Notes under the pieces: generated by a model
The model's input: only the letters and a program-made list of their open reading frames with translations
Databases searched by the model: none
Told to the model about the DNA's origin: nothing
IMG/VR virus record: IMGVR_UViG_3300025705_000581
Direction: 5' to 3' (one strand)
DNA length: 64,000 bases
Source of the DNA: a virus
Part shown: piece by piece, positions 9,290 through 18,371 of the stretch
Layout of the letters: every line of letters starts with the position of its first letter
Numbering within the stretch: position 1 is the first letter of the stretch
Translations under genes and position numbers: made by a program

Positions 9290-10110
9290 TGTTACTTGCT
9301 GCCGGTTGTAGTTATACTGACGAAAATTTTACCTCGGTACTTCATCCTGAATATGATACTTCATATAAAAAATGGCCTGAGATCGTTGCTGATAAACTTG
9401 GTGTAATGCATAAGAACCTAGGTGCCTGTGGCGCAGGTAATGATTATATCACAAAGCAACTAACAATGGAAATACTTAAAAATCATAAAAACATTACTGC
9501 CGTTATGGTTGGATGGACTGAAATACATCGCTTTACTATCTTTGACTTTTATCGCTGTAATCCGTTCGCAACTGTTGCAAATCATAAAATACCTTCTATG
9601 AAAACATATAAAAAAATTGAAGCTTCTCATGAAGAACGGGCGTTGATACCATTCTATGATCTATTGTATAGTTATAATTTATTTGACAAACCAAGCAACG
9701 GCGGTACTACTCAAAACCTTTTTGTTTATATGATAAGGCAACTTTTAGATGGTATGTTTCAAATACAGGAATTATGCTCTACCTTTAATATACCTTGCAT
9801 CAATGGACAGTTGTGCGGATATACTGACCGTGAAAAGTGGCACGTGTTGTCAAAAATATATGGTGACATTCCGTTTTCAGAATCAGCATGGACAAGTATG
9901 TTTGGTGAATTGGAAGAACTGTGGAGACTTAATCCAAAAAACCATATTGGATATCCGTTTATGAAAACACTAGGTGGTTATAGTATTAATTCTTTATTAA
10001 AATACGACCAAGGTCATAAGGTTTCAAAGTTAGACTCTCATCCAAATGAAAAAGGTCACCAATTTATAGCGGATTTATACTATGACAAATATAGAAAAAC
10101 TTATTCTTAA
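9289..10110 (+). CDS. SGNH/GDSL-like hydrolase or acyltransferase (paralogue 2)
   Basis: GCSYT, GAGND, DSHP in same arrangement as upstream gene. Confidence 0.65.
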   Translation: MLLAAGCSYTDENFTSVLHPEYDTSYKKWPEIVADKLGVMHKNLGACGAGNDYITKQLTMEILKNHKNITAVMVGWTEIHRFTIFDFYRCNPFATVANHKIPSMKTYKKIEASHEERALIPFYDLLYSYNLFDKPSNGGTTQNLFVYMIRQLLDGMFQIQELCSTFNIPCINGQLCGYTDREKWHVLSKIYGDIPFSESAWTSMFGELEELWRLNPKNHIGYPFMKTLGGYSINSLLKYDQGHKVSKLDSHPNEKGHQFIADLYYDKYRKTYS

Positions 10111-10202
10111 ATTAAAATTTAAATGGTTGTATTTTAAACTACGATTTAAAAAAGATGCAATCAAAGATGAAGATGTAGACATTTACATATACGAGGCTGA
10201 TG

Positions 10203-10910
10203 ATGATTAGATATATTTTTGACGTTGATGGTACACTAACACCGAGTCGACAAAAGATGGACCGTAAGTTTAAAAAGTTCTTTTTGAAATTTATGGAAAC
10301 TCATAAAGTGTGGATTGTAACAGGATCGGACTATGCTAAAACAAAGGAACAATTAGGCGCTGATATTACCGAAAATGTTGTTACTTGTTATAATTGTTCT
10401 GGCAATGAAACAAGGCACAAAGGAAAAATTGTAAACGCATCAAGTTGGGAATTACCAGATGAAGCACGTGCATTTCTTAAACTTCAGTTAACTATTTCAG
10501 AATTTGTTTTGAGAACAGGTAATCACATTGAAGAACGGCGAGGTTGTGTTAACTTTAGTATCGTTGGCAGAAATGCCACAGTCGGTGAACGTAAACTCTA
10601 TGTTGAATACGATAAAAAAACAAATGAAAGACGCAATCTTGCCAATTACTTTAATTATGTTTTCGGATCAGAATCAATGGGTCTTCATGCCGCGGTTGGC
10701 GGTGATACGGGATTAGACATATATCCTATCGGTAAAGATAAATCACAAATCATGGATGATTTTAATTCTGATGATGATATACAGTTCTTTGGTGATAAAA
10801 TGGATATCGGAGGTAATGATTATCCTTTGGCACGTGTTAATAAAGCAGGAACAAATCATCACGTTAAAGATTGGCGTGAAACTTGGGAGATACTAAAATG
10901 TTTACCATAG
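10203..10910 (+). CDS. phosphomannomutase, eukaryote-type HAD-IIB (PMM)
   Basis: FDVDGTLT, VTGSD, IEERRGCVNFSIVGR, FFGDK...GGNDY. Confidence 0.85.
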   Translation: MIRYIFDVDGTLTPSRQKMDRKFKKFFLKFMETHKVWIVTGSDYAKTKEQLGADITENVVTCYNCSGNETRHKGKIVNASSWELPDEARAFLKLQLTISEFVLRTGNHIEERRGCVNFSIVGRNATVGERKLYVEYDKKTNERRNLANYFNYVFGSESMGLHAAVGGDTGLDIYPIGKDKSQIMDDFNSDDDIQFFGDKMDIGGNDYPLARVNKAGTNHHVKDWRETWEILKCLP

Positions 10911-11134
10911 AAATGGATTGGGATGAAACCGCAGTTCAAGTATTAGATCAAACTGGCGAATATGAAGATGTTGAGTATATTTTATATGACGATATTGTTT
11001 ATATTAGGCAATGGGATGAAGATCTTCAAAAGTATAGTGTAATCGCTATGACTGCTGATATGTTTAGAGATTTTAGTTTTGCCCTCGACTTACCTGAAGG
11101 TGCATATATAACAGAAAGGAAAACCGATGATTGA
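10898..11134 (+). CDS. hypothetical protein
   Basis: GGAG SD before ATG 10898. Confidence 0.55.
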   Translation: MFTIEMDWDETAVQVLDQTGEYEDVEYILYDDIVYIRQWDEDLQKYSVIAMTADMFRDFSFALDLPEGAYITERKTDD

Positions 11135-11375
11135 AATTTACGGAACACCAACTTGTGGATTTTGCTTAAGAGCAAAAAGACTTGCGCAGTCTCACGATAT
11201 TGCGACAGAATATAAAGATATAACCTTTACAAATTTTAGAGATGAATTGCTTGAACGCAAATCTGATTATACAACGGTTCCTCAAATTTGGTGGCACGGA
11301 AAATATATTGGCGGTTATAATGAATTAGCTAATGAAATCGAGAACACGAGAAATTTTGGAGATGGTCCTTTTTAA
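11127..11375 (+). CDS. glutaredoxin
   Basis: CGFC active site, TVPQI, IGGY. Confidence 0.9.
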   Translation: MIEIYGTPTCGFCLRAKRLAQSHDIATEYKDITFTNFRDELLERKSDYTTVPQIWWHGKYIGGYNELANEIENTRNFGDGPF

Positions 11376-11378
11376 CTA

Positions 11379-11407
11379 TTGACAAATGCTTTAGAATCAG
11401 TTATATT
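11379..11407 (+). promoter_or_regulatory. sigma70-type early promoter with GANTC
   Basis: TTGACA-17nt-TATATT; GAATC at 11394. Confidence 0.8.
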
Positions 11408-11434
11408 AGAATTATCAAATAGAGGAAAAAGCAA

Positions 11435-11677
11435 ATGACATATCAAGTTGAACTCGACATTTCATCAGAACCCACACACGGTGAGGTACTACAATTTGCA
11501 ACCGAACACGGTTGTACCGCAACTCTATTGCAGGCAAACGGTCCTGCTGGCGGCAATCCACTTTACTTATTCCAATCTGAATCATTTGATATGCTTCAAG
11601 AATTGTTTGAACAAGTTAAAGGCCATGGTCATGGCTTTGATGAAGAAGAAATTAAAACTATGTTTGTGGAGGTGTAA
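11435..11677 (+). CDS. hypothetical early protein
   Basis: First gene after early promoter; GAGG SD. Confidence 0.65.
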   Translation: MTYQVELDISSEPTHGEVLQFATEHGCTATLLQANGPAGGNPLYLFQSESFDMLQELFEQVKGHGHGFDEEEIKTMFVEV

Positions 11678-11678
11678 T

Positions 11679-11846
11679 ATGATTGAATGTATTATAATTG
11701 CTGAGCGCTTACGTGCCTTATCTCGCCGTGCTGATAATTTTGGTAAATCTCGTGAAGAGTTGATTGAAGAAATTGTTATGATTGCTGAAGATTATGAGGC
11801 ACGTGCTGAGCGCCTTGAAAAGCAAATGGAAACGGAGGCAGCTTAA
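11679..11846 (+). CDS. hypothetical protein
   Basis: GGAGGT SD before ATG 11679. Confidence 0.6.
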   Translation: MIECIIIAERLRALSRRADNFGKSREELIEEIVMIAEDYEARAERLEKQMETEAA

Positions 11847-12175
11847 TGTCTATGCATATGGTTCGTGGTGTACAAGTCCACGGTAATTCAAAAAAGAAAC
11901 TAACACCACGTGATAAAAAAGCGGCGGTCGAGCATGAGAAATGGTTGGCAAAGATGGGTGTTGGTAAAACAAAGGCACGTAATACTAATACTATTCCTGA
12001 TTATGACACAGGACCACGCATGACCTCTGATAAGGTTGCTGGTAACGGTGCTAAAAAGGAAGCAACACAATATACTGGTGATTATATCATCGGTATTGGT
12101 CAAATGCATAAATCTAACGGTGTTCCTATCACTCGTAAAGAAGATGCGGTTGCAATTGCAAGTATGAGGCGCTAA
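11846..12175 (+). CDS. conserved basic hypothetical protein
   Basis: GGAGG SD; TAATG overlap. Confidence 0.6.
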   Translation: MSMHMVRGVQVHGNSKKKLTPRDKKAAVEHEKWLAKMGVGKTKARNTNTIPDYDTGPRMTSDKVAGNGAKKEATQYTGDYIIGIGQMHKSNGVPITRKEDAVAIASMRR

Positions 12176-12378
12176 TGAAACTTACAACTGATATGATTAT
12201 TGATGATGAGTACATTATGTTTGGCGACAAAGTTACTCGTTTTGAGGTTGTGGATAATAACGGCCGCGCCTATGCGAAACACCGTGTACAAGAGCTAAAG
12301 TTTCAACTACAAGATGATGGTAGAACACTTAAAGCATTTGTGCGTTTTGAAGAAGAGGAGGAAATATCAATTGACTAA
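12175..12378 (+). CDS. hypothetical protein
   Basis: ORF track; TAATG overlap. Confidence 0.55.
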   Translation: MKLTTDMIIDDEYIMFGDKVTRFEVVDNNGRAYAKHRVQELKFQLQDDGRTLKAFVRFEEEEEISID

Positions 12379-12498
12379 ATTTATTTATGGAATAGCAATT
12401 GCATTTGCTCTTGTGCTGATGAGTTGGTATCTGATCCACATTTGGTCGGATTGCCTTAATGAAAATTCAGTATTTACCTGTATGAGGATGTTAAGACC

Positions 12499-13620
12499 AT
12501 GAAAGTAATTGTGAATACCGAATCAATCTATAAACGTGATTCAAAAGAAGCAATCCGTGTATGGTTTGGTGAAGTAGGCGTAGATGGTGATACCTATGGT
12601 TGGCGCAGTACAGCAGGTTTGTTGGACGGCAAAAAAGTCACGTCAGGTTGGAAAATAGTTGAGCAAAAAAATGTCGGTAAGGCAAATGAAACCTCGCTTG
12701 AGGAACAGGCTTTATCTGAAATGAACTCAGACTATGATAAAAAACTTGAACGTGGCTATTTCAAAACCATTGCTGATATTGATAAATTCACTAAGATCAA
12801 ACCGATGTTGGCTGCAAAGTATGAAGATGTTACAATTAACTTTGAAACTCAAAGATATTATACTCAACCAAAATTAGATGGTATTCGGTGTATTGCTCGA
12901 GCGGATGGATTGTGGTCTCGTGGGTTTAAAGAAATCATCAGTGTACCTCATATCCATGAAAGTTTAAAATGGTATTTTGATAAACACCCTGATGCTATTC
13001 TTGATGGTGAGTTATACAACCATGACCTCCGTGAAAACTTTAATAAGATCACATCATTGGTTCGCAAAACAAAACCAGAACCTTGGGATATTAAAGACTC
13101 AAGAAGATTGGTAGAATATCACGTTTATGATCTAATCAGTTCAAATGAAATATTCTCAAAACGAATTGATGAAATATGCCTATTGGAATTTGATCCTTGT
13201 ATTCAAGTTGTTAAAACAGAAGAAGTACGTAGCTTTGAAGAAATTGACACTAAATATGGTGGATACCTTGAAGCAGGTTACGAAGGACAAATGGTCCGTG
13301 CTGATGAAGTTTACCAACAAAACAAACGGTCAAAGTTTTTACTTAAACGTAAAGAGTTCCTAACTGATGAGTTTACAGTTATCGGTGTTGAAGAAGGCAA
13401 AGGTAATTGGGCAGGACATATCAAACGGTTTATCCTTGAGTTAAAAGATGGTACTCAATTTGGTGCAGGTGTACGTGGTAATCAAGCATTACTTAAAGAA
13501 ATGTATGACAACGGTGATAAACCTAATTGGTGTACTTTACGTTACTTTGCGCCAACACCTGACGGCATTCCGAGGTTTCCTGTAGTAATTGATTGGGGAA
13601 ACGGCGTTCGTGAGGACTGA
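12499..13620 (+). CDS. ATP-dependent DNA ligase
   Basis: PMLA, QPKLDGIRC (motif I), LDGELY, YHVYD, EGQMVR, LLKRK, OB-fold GIPRFPV. Confidence 0.93.
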   Translation: MKVIVNTESIYKRDSKEAIRVWFGEVGVDGDTYGWRSTAGLLDGKKVTSGWKIVEQKNVGKANETSLEEQALSEMNSDYDKKLERGYFKTIADIDKFTKIKPMLAAKYEDVTINFETQRYYTQPKLDGIRCIARADGLWSRGFKEIISVPHIHESLKWYFDKHPDAILDGELYNHDLRENFNKITSLVRKTKPEPWDIKDSRRLVEYHVYDLISSNEIFSKRIDEICLLEFDPCIQVVKTEEVRSFEEIDTKYGGYLEAGYEGQMVRADEVYQQNKRSKFLLKRKEFLTDEFTVIGVEEGKGNWAGHIKRFILELKDGTQFGAGVRGNQALLKEMYDNGDKPNWCTLRYFAPTPDGIPRFPVVIDWGNGVRED

Positions 13621-13653
13621 CATAAATAACTCTATCAAAGGAGTTATATTATG
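13621..13653 (+). promoter_or_regulatory. late promoter-like CATAAATA overlapping a hairpin that sequesters RBS and AUG
   Basis: CATAA-ATAACTCT (13621-13633) pairs with GGAGTTAT-A-TTATG (13640-13653). Confidence 0.7.
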
Positions 13654-14073
13654 TGGTTTCATAACGGTGAAGAATTTACCTCAGAAATGATTGAAGACTA
13701 TGTTGGATTTGTCTACTGTATTACGGACAAGTCCAATGATAAGAAATACATTGGCAAAAAATTGCTAATGTCAAAAAGGCGCCTACCACCTCTTAAAGGT
13801 AAAACCCGTCGACGTATTAAAATCGTTGAGACTGATTGGCAAAAATATTATGGTTCATCTGAAGAAGTCAAACTGATGGTTGAAGAAAAAGGCGCCGACA
13901 ATTTCCATAGAGAAATACTACACCTATGCCATAAGAAAGGTGAGCTCGGATATTTAGAACTCCGGGAACAAATCTTACGTGATGTTTTATTGCGTGACGA
14001 TTATTATAATGGAATTGTCCAAGCAAAAATTCACCGAAACCACATAAAGTCATTGACATATCTTATAGAATAG
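13651..14073 (+). CDS. GIY-YIG nuclease (DenA/EndoII-like size, no C-terminal DNA-binding extension)
   Basis: GFVYCIT...KYIGKK, YYGSS, F.REIL. Confidence 0.75.
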   Translation: MWFHNGEEFTSEMIEDYVGFVYCITDKSNDKKYIGKKLLMSKRRLPPLKGKTRRRIKIVETDWQKYYGSSEEVKLMVEEKGADNFHREILHLCHKKGELGYLELREQILRDVLLRDDYYNGIVQAKIHRNHIKSLTYLIE

Positions 14074-14092
14074 ATTATTATAGTCTAGAATC
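14053..14092 (+). promoter_or_regulatory. sigma70-type promoter variant with GANTC near start site
   Basis: TTGACA-17nt-TATTAT-6nt-GAATC. Confidence 0.65.
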
Positions 14093-14106
14093 ACAAGGAG
14101 ATACCA

Positions 14107-14337
14107 ATGATTATCAAACGCAAATCAGCATACACCGGTCTGACTCGGTCAAAGGATATTCCTGTTGACCCACAAGGTTGGGCAATGTATCAGTCAGGTT
14201 ACGGCAGTGTTGATGAATGTCTTCCGTATCTTACTGATGAAGACCGTGACTTTATTTTGTCAGGTATGATGCCTGGTGAATGGAACACTGCTATCAGTGC
14301 CGAACTAAAACTAATTGTGGAAGATACTTTTATATGA
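14107..14337 (+). CDS. hypothetical protein
   Basis: AAGGAG SD; ORF track. Confidence 0.6.
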   Translation: MIIKRKSAYTGLTRSKDIPVDPQGWAMYQSGYGSVDECLPYLTDEDRDFILSGMMPGEWNTAISAELKLIVEDTFI

Positions 14338-15017
14338 TATTCCTATTTAACGGACCACCTAGATCAGGCAAAGATGCTGCCGCTGATTATTTTAAAGAAA
14401 AAGGTTATAAGCACCTTTCTTTTAAATATCAGTTATATAGAGAAACAGCAAGATACTTTGATGTTGATTACGATTGGTTTATGAAACGATATGACGACCG
14501 CTCAGTAAAAGAAGTTCCACATATGGATCTTGGTCATATGTCATGCCGTGAAGCTATGATATACGTATCAGAAATAATAGTAAAACCTAAACGTGGTTTG
14601 GATTACTTTGGTTTGCAGGTAGCAAATGAAATTGATTTGTCAAAGGATTACGCTATCTCAGATGGTGGTTTTGTTGACGAATTAAAACCTGTTATAAATA
14701 CTATTGGTTCCGATAATTTTATCTTGGTCCAATTGACTCGTGATGGATGTGACTATTCAACAGATTCAAGACGGTATTTTAATGGTAAAGTTGTAGAAGA
14801 AATTGTTAACTCTTATGCAACACCAATTCAGCCCAAATATGTTTTAGATTATAAGTTTGATGTTAAAACGTACAGGATACATAATAATGGCACGCTCGGA
14901 GCTTTTCATAGTGCATTAGAAAATATTTATGAAAAGGAAGTAACATATAAAAATGTCAAAGAGCAAAAGTTCAAATGCGACCAAGAAGGAAAAATACTCG
15001 AGTCGGATATTCTATGA
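14334..15017 (+). CDS. deoxynucleoside monophosphate kinase-like P-loop protein
   Basis: NGPPRSGKD Walker A, ISDGGF..E, RDGCDYSTDSR. Confidence 0.7.
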   Translation: MIFLFNGPPRSGKDAAADYFKEKGYKHLSFKYQLYRETARYFDVDYDWFMKRYDDRSVKEVPHMDLGHMSCREAMIYVSEIIVKPKRGLDYFGLQVANEIDLSKDYAISDGGFVDELKPVINTIGSDNFILVQLTRDGCDYSTDSRRYFNGKVVEEIVNSYATPIQPKYVLDYKFDVKTYRIHNNGTLGAFHSALENIYEKEVTYKNVKEQKFKCDQEGKILESDIL

Positions 15018-15195
15018 AAATCCATATGACATTGAAACATTTTTCGAAGCTCTTGGTATCGCAGCCGACCACGGTAAAGAATTGCAATACGTAGATCAAT
15101 TTATTGCACGTATGAAATCTGAACCGACAAGTGATACGGCAACCACCTGCTTTGAAATCTTAAGAGATTTTGAACTAATTAAATTTGAAGATTAA
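14953..15195 (+). CDS. hypothetical protein
   Basis: ORF track; overlaps kinase 3' end by 65 nt. Confidence 0.5.
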   Translation: MSKSKSSNATKKEKYSSRIFYENPYDIETFFEALGIAADHGKELQYVDQFIARMKSEPTSDTATTCFEILRDFELIKFED

Positions 15196-15221
15196 CTAAA
15201 CTAACATAGAAAGATTATATT

Positions 15222-15476
15222 ATGGACAAGAATGAAATTATTAATGCACTTAAAGTCGGTGTATGCGAAATTACTTTCACAAAAAAGAATGGTGATGAGC
15301 GACTAATGTTTGCAACACTCAATGAAGAAATGTTGCCACCTCAACGAGATATTGAGGAACAAATCCAAAAGAAAAAACCTAACAATGATGTTCTCGCGGT
15401 TTATGACGTGAAGGCACCAGGATGGCGTTCTTTTCGTTGGGATTCATTAAAAGAATTTAACAATCAAGGAGTTTAA
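15222..15476 (+). CDS. SH3-like beta-barrel phage protein (DUF2693-like)
   Basis: ITFTKKNGDERLM.ATL, VYDV...WRSFRWDS. Confidence 0.65.
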   Translation: MDKNEIINALKVGVCEITFTKKNGDERLMFATLNEEMLPPQRDIEEQIQKKKPNNDVLAVYDVKAPGWRSFRWDSLKEFNNQGV

Positions 15477-15479
15477 TAA

Positions 15480-16439
15480 ATGAGCTGTATCTATAAAGGC
15501 GTGGTTGAGGAGTCTGAACTATCAGTTAAATCCAAGGGTGGTACTGAAATGATGAGGGCACGCCTGATAGACGGAGTAGATCCTGCTCTGTTACAGGAAT
15601 ATGCTATCCACTTGTCACGTCCACGTGATATGAAAGGCGATGTTAAAAATATCCTATGGTGCCATGATCTTGCCGAGGATCCTGAAAACAAAATTCTAAA
15701 AGAAAAAGGTTGGAATAATTTTGACCATATTGTTTTCGTTTCACAATGGCAACGAGATCAGTATATCACTTATTATGGTATACCGCACTCAATGTGCTCG
15801 GTAATTCCTAATGCTATTGAAAAAGATTACAAACCTTCGGAAGAAAAAGATTATGAAACTATTCGTTTTGTATATCATACAACTCCGCACCGTGGTTTGG
15901 AATTACTTATTCCTATCTTTGAACAATTAGCAAAAGAATTTGATAACATCCATCTTGATGTGTTTTCGTCATTTGGTATATATGGTTGGGGTCATAGAGA
16001 TGAACCTTACCAACCATTGTTTGATAAAATTGAAGCACATCCCAAGATGACTTATCACGGATCGGTAAATAACCGTCTTGTATTGGATACATTGGATAAA
16101 TCTCATATTTTCCTATATCCAAATACATGGAAAGAAACATCTTGCATCTCGTTGATTGAGGCAATCAAATCAGGTTTGGTTTGTATTCACCCCAACCTTG
16201 GTGCACTTACTGAAACCGCAAGCGGTGCAACAATTTCTTATGATTGGCATGAGAATCCTACACAGCATGCGAACGTAGCATATTCTGTCGCAAAAGGTGT
16301 ACTTAATATGCAACAATCAGATCCTGACTTTATTCGACGTTTTACAACAAGTGATAGGTTCAATTTAGCCAGGAATAATATAAATACTTTTACAACAACA
16401 TGGACACAGCTCCTACGAGCATTGGCATCAGATGACTGA
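15480..16439 (+). CDS. GT-B (GT4-like) glycosyltransferase
   Basis: GGTE, WCHD, VFVSQWQ, VIPNAI, ETSCISLIEA. Confidence 0.82.
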   Translation: MSCIYKGVVEESELSVKSKGGTEMMRARLIDGVDPALLQEYAIHLSRPRDMKGDVKNILWCHDLAEDPENKILKEKGWNNFDHIVFVSQWQRDQYITYYGIPHSMCSVIPNAIEKDYKPSEEKDYETIRFVYHTTPHRGLELLIPIFEQLAKEFDNIHLDVFSSFGIYGWGHRDEPYQPLFDKIEAHPKMTYHGSVNNRLVLDTLDKSHIFLYPNTWKETSCISLIEAIKSGLVCIHPNLGALTETASGATISYDWHENPTQHANVAYSVAKGVLNMQQSDPDFIRRFTTSDRFNLARNNINTFTTTWTQLLRALASDD

Positions 16440-16791
16440 TAACATTATAGAATTCCCTAAGGTTAATAATAACGTCGAGTCTTTGACGAAAGAACAACTG
16501 CGAGCGCAAATTGACGAGTACAAAGAAGAAGTAGCTAATGAAATGTCGGAATTTTTGTTTCGACACGTCATTGGTGAATTAACAAGGGTAGGGCATAAAT
16601 TTGATAAAAATATAGAACACTTTATGCCTTCTATGATGATGGTCCTAGAATCAATAAGGTCGTTAGCTTTACAGGCACACGGAATTGAGCACGACTTTCA
16701 ATCAATCGCAAAAGATATACTGGAAATTGAAATAAAAGATATTAACAGTTTTAAAGAAAAAATGGTTGACATTGAGGAAGAGTTAGATTAA
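16432..16791 (+). CDS. hypothetical protein
   Basis: MTDNIIEFP-type N-terminus; ORF track. Confidence 0.6.
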   Translation: MTDNIIEFPKVNNNVESLTKEQLRAQIDEYKEEVANEMSEFLFRHVIGELTRVGHKFDKNIEHFMPSMMMVLESIRSLALQAHGIEHDFQSIAKDILEIEIKDINSFKEKMVDIEEELD

Positions 16792-16794
16792 TAT
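16766..16794 (+). promoter_or_regulatory. sigma70-type promoter (no GANTC) upstream of RNase H
   Basis: TTGACA-17nt-TAATAT. Confidence 0.5.
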
Positions 16795-16829
16795 AGTTTA
16801 TATAAATCAAATTGAAATGAGAAAACACA

Positions 16830-17690
16830 ATGGCAATATTAGTAGATTATAACCAAGTTATCCTTGCCTCGCTATTTGCGAGCATCGGTAATCACACGAA
16901 CATTGATGTAGATGAAAATCTTATTCGACATATGTTCTTAAATTCAATTCGTTCTAACCGTAAAAAGTTTACAAAAGAATACGGTGAGATCGTTATATGT
17001 GCTGACGGCAAAAATTCATGGCGCCGTGAAGCATATCCTTATTATAAGGCAAACCGTCGCAAATCACGAGATGAGTCTGAACTCGATTGGAATGTATTAT
17101 TTGGTATTATGAATACCATCCGAGATGAGTTGAAAGAATTCTTTCCATATAAAGTAATTCATATGGATCACTGTGAAGCTGATGATATTATTGGCACCAT
17201 CTGCCATGATGAAGGTACTGATTTAAATATCGGTAATGAAAAATACCTTGTTCTATCAGGTGATAAAGATTATATCCAATTACAATCCTATGTGAATGTA
17301 GATCAGTATGATCCTGTTCGCAAACGTTGGATCCGTAATGATAATCCTACGAATTATCTCAATGAGCATATCCTTCGTGGTGATAAAGGTGACGGTGTAC
17401 CAAATGTTCTGAGTCCTGACAATTGCCTTGCAGTAGGCACACGTCAAAAGGCAATGACAAAACCACGCCTTGAAAAATTACTCAAAGGTACATCTGAAAT
17501 GGATGAAGAAACATTGCGTTGCTTCCACCGTAATAAAATGATGATTGACCTAAGTCAAATCCCTGCTAATTACGTAGAACAAATTCGTTCGGAATGGCAG
17601 GCACCGAAAGACATCGGACGGCAATATCTATTTGATTATTTTGTCAAGCGTAAATTGAAAAACTTAATTACAGATATACAGGATTTTTAA
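16830..17690 (+). CDS. rnh: T4-like RNase H (5'-3' exonuclease)
   Basis: LVDYNQV, SWRREAYPYYKANR, EADDIIG, SGDKDYIQL, GDKGDGVPN, N..MIDL. Confidence 0.93.
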   Translation: MAILVDYNQVILASLFASIGNHTNIDVDENLIRHMFLNSIRSNRKKFTKEYGEIVICADGKNSWRREAYPYYKANRRKSRDESELDWNVLFGIMNTIRDELKEFFPYKVIHMDHCEADDIIGTICHDEGTDLNIGNEKYLVLSGDKDYIQLQSYVNVDQYDPVRKRWIRNDNPTNYLNEHILRGDKGDGVPNVLSPDNCLAVGTRQKAMTKPRLEKLLKGTSEMDEETLRCFHRNKMMIDLSQIPANYVEQIRSEWQAPKDIGRQYLFDYFVKRKLKNLITDIQDF

Positions 17691-17694
17691 TAAG

Positions 17695-18123
17695 ATGGTA
17701 AAAAAATTAGCAATTTCAGAAATCATTGCTGAGCTCGGTAATATGGGTAAACCTGAAGAAAAGATTGAGTGGTTGTTGAAAAATGATTCGCAACCACTCC
17801 GTGAAATCCTACGGCTTACTTATGACAAATCAGTTAAGTGGTTACTACCTGAATCGCCTCCACCTTGGAAAGAAAATGAATATGAAGATGAAGCACGCTT
17901 AATGCTTTACCGTGAAATGCGGCGTATGAAAATCTTTCTTGAAGGTGGTGGATATGACAATTTGAATCAAGTCAAAAGAGAAGGTTTATTCATAAGTTTG
18001 CTTGAAGATATATATAATGAAGATGCCAAACTTTTGGCCAACTATGTTATAGCACAAAAATCATTTAAAGGATTGCGCAAATCAACCGTAGTCAAAGCAT
18101 TTCCTGATCTAATAAAAGAGTAA
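17695..18123 (+). CDS. conserved T4-like hypothetical protein (DUF6433-like)
   Basis: WLLPESPPPW, KREGLFISLLE, AFPDLI. Confidence 0.65.
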   Translation: MVKKLAISEIIAELGNMGKPEEKIEWLLKNDSQPLREILRLTYDKSVKWLLPESPPPWKENEYEDEARLMLYREMRRMKIFLEGGGYDNLNQVKREGLFISLLEDIYNEDAKLLANYVIAQKSFKGLRKSTVVKAFPDLIKE

Positions 18124-18128
18124 GAATA

Positions 18129-18305
18129 ATGGCAAAAACGTTTAAGAAATTCCGCGAAGATTATATGGATGACGAATGGGGTGATGAAGACGAATCAGTT
18201 ACCAACAAGGAACGTCGTATGAAGAACCGCCGTGATAGGAAAAAAACTAAACACAATGAACGTAACGAAACATTTGCTGAAAAAAATGATTTAAAAAGAA
18301 ATTAA
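18129..18305 (+). CDS. small highly charged hypothetical protein (58 aa, not in ORF track)
   Basis: ATG 18129 to TAA 18305 fills the intergenic gap. Confidence 0.5.
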   Translation: MAKTFKKFREDYMDDEWGDEDESVTNKERRMKNRRDRKKTKHNERNETFAEKNDLKRN

Positions 18306-18308
18306 CTA

Positions 18309-18343
18309 TTGACATTTGAGTACAAATAGTGTAGATTGATTCT
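18309..18343 (+). promoter_or_regulatory. sigma70-type promoter variant with GANTC abutting -10
   Basis: TTGACA-17nt-TAGATT then GATTC at 18338. Confidence 0.65.
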
Positions 18344-18371
18344 ATAAGGTAAAACAAAAGGAATCAATCTT

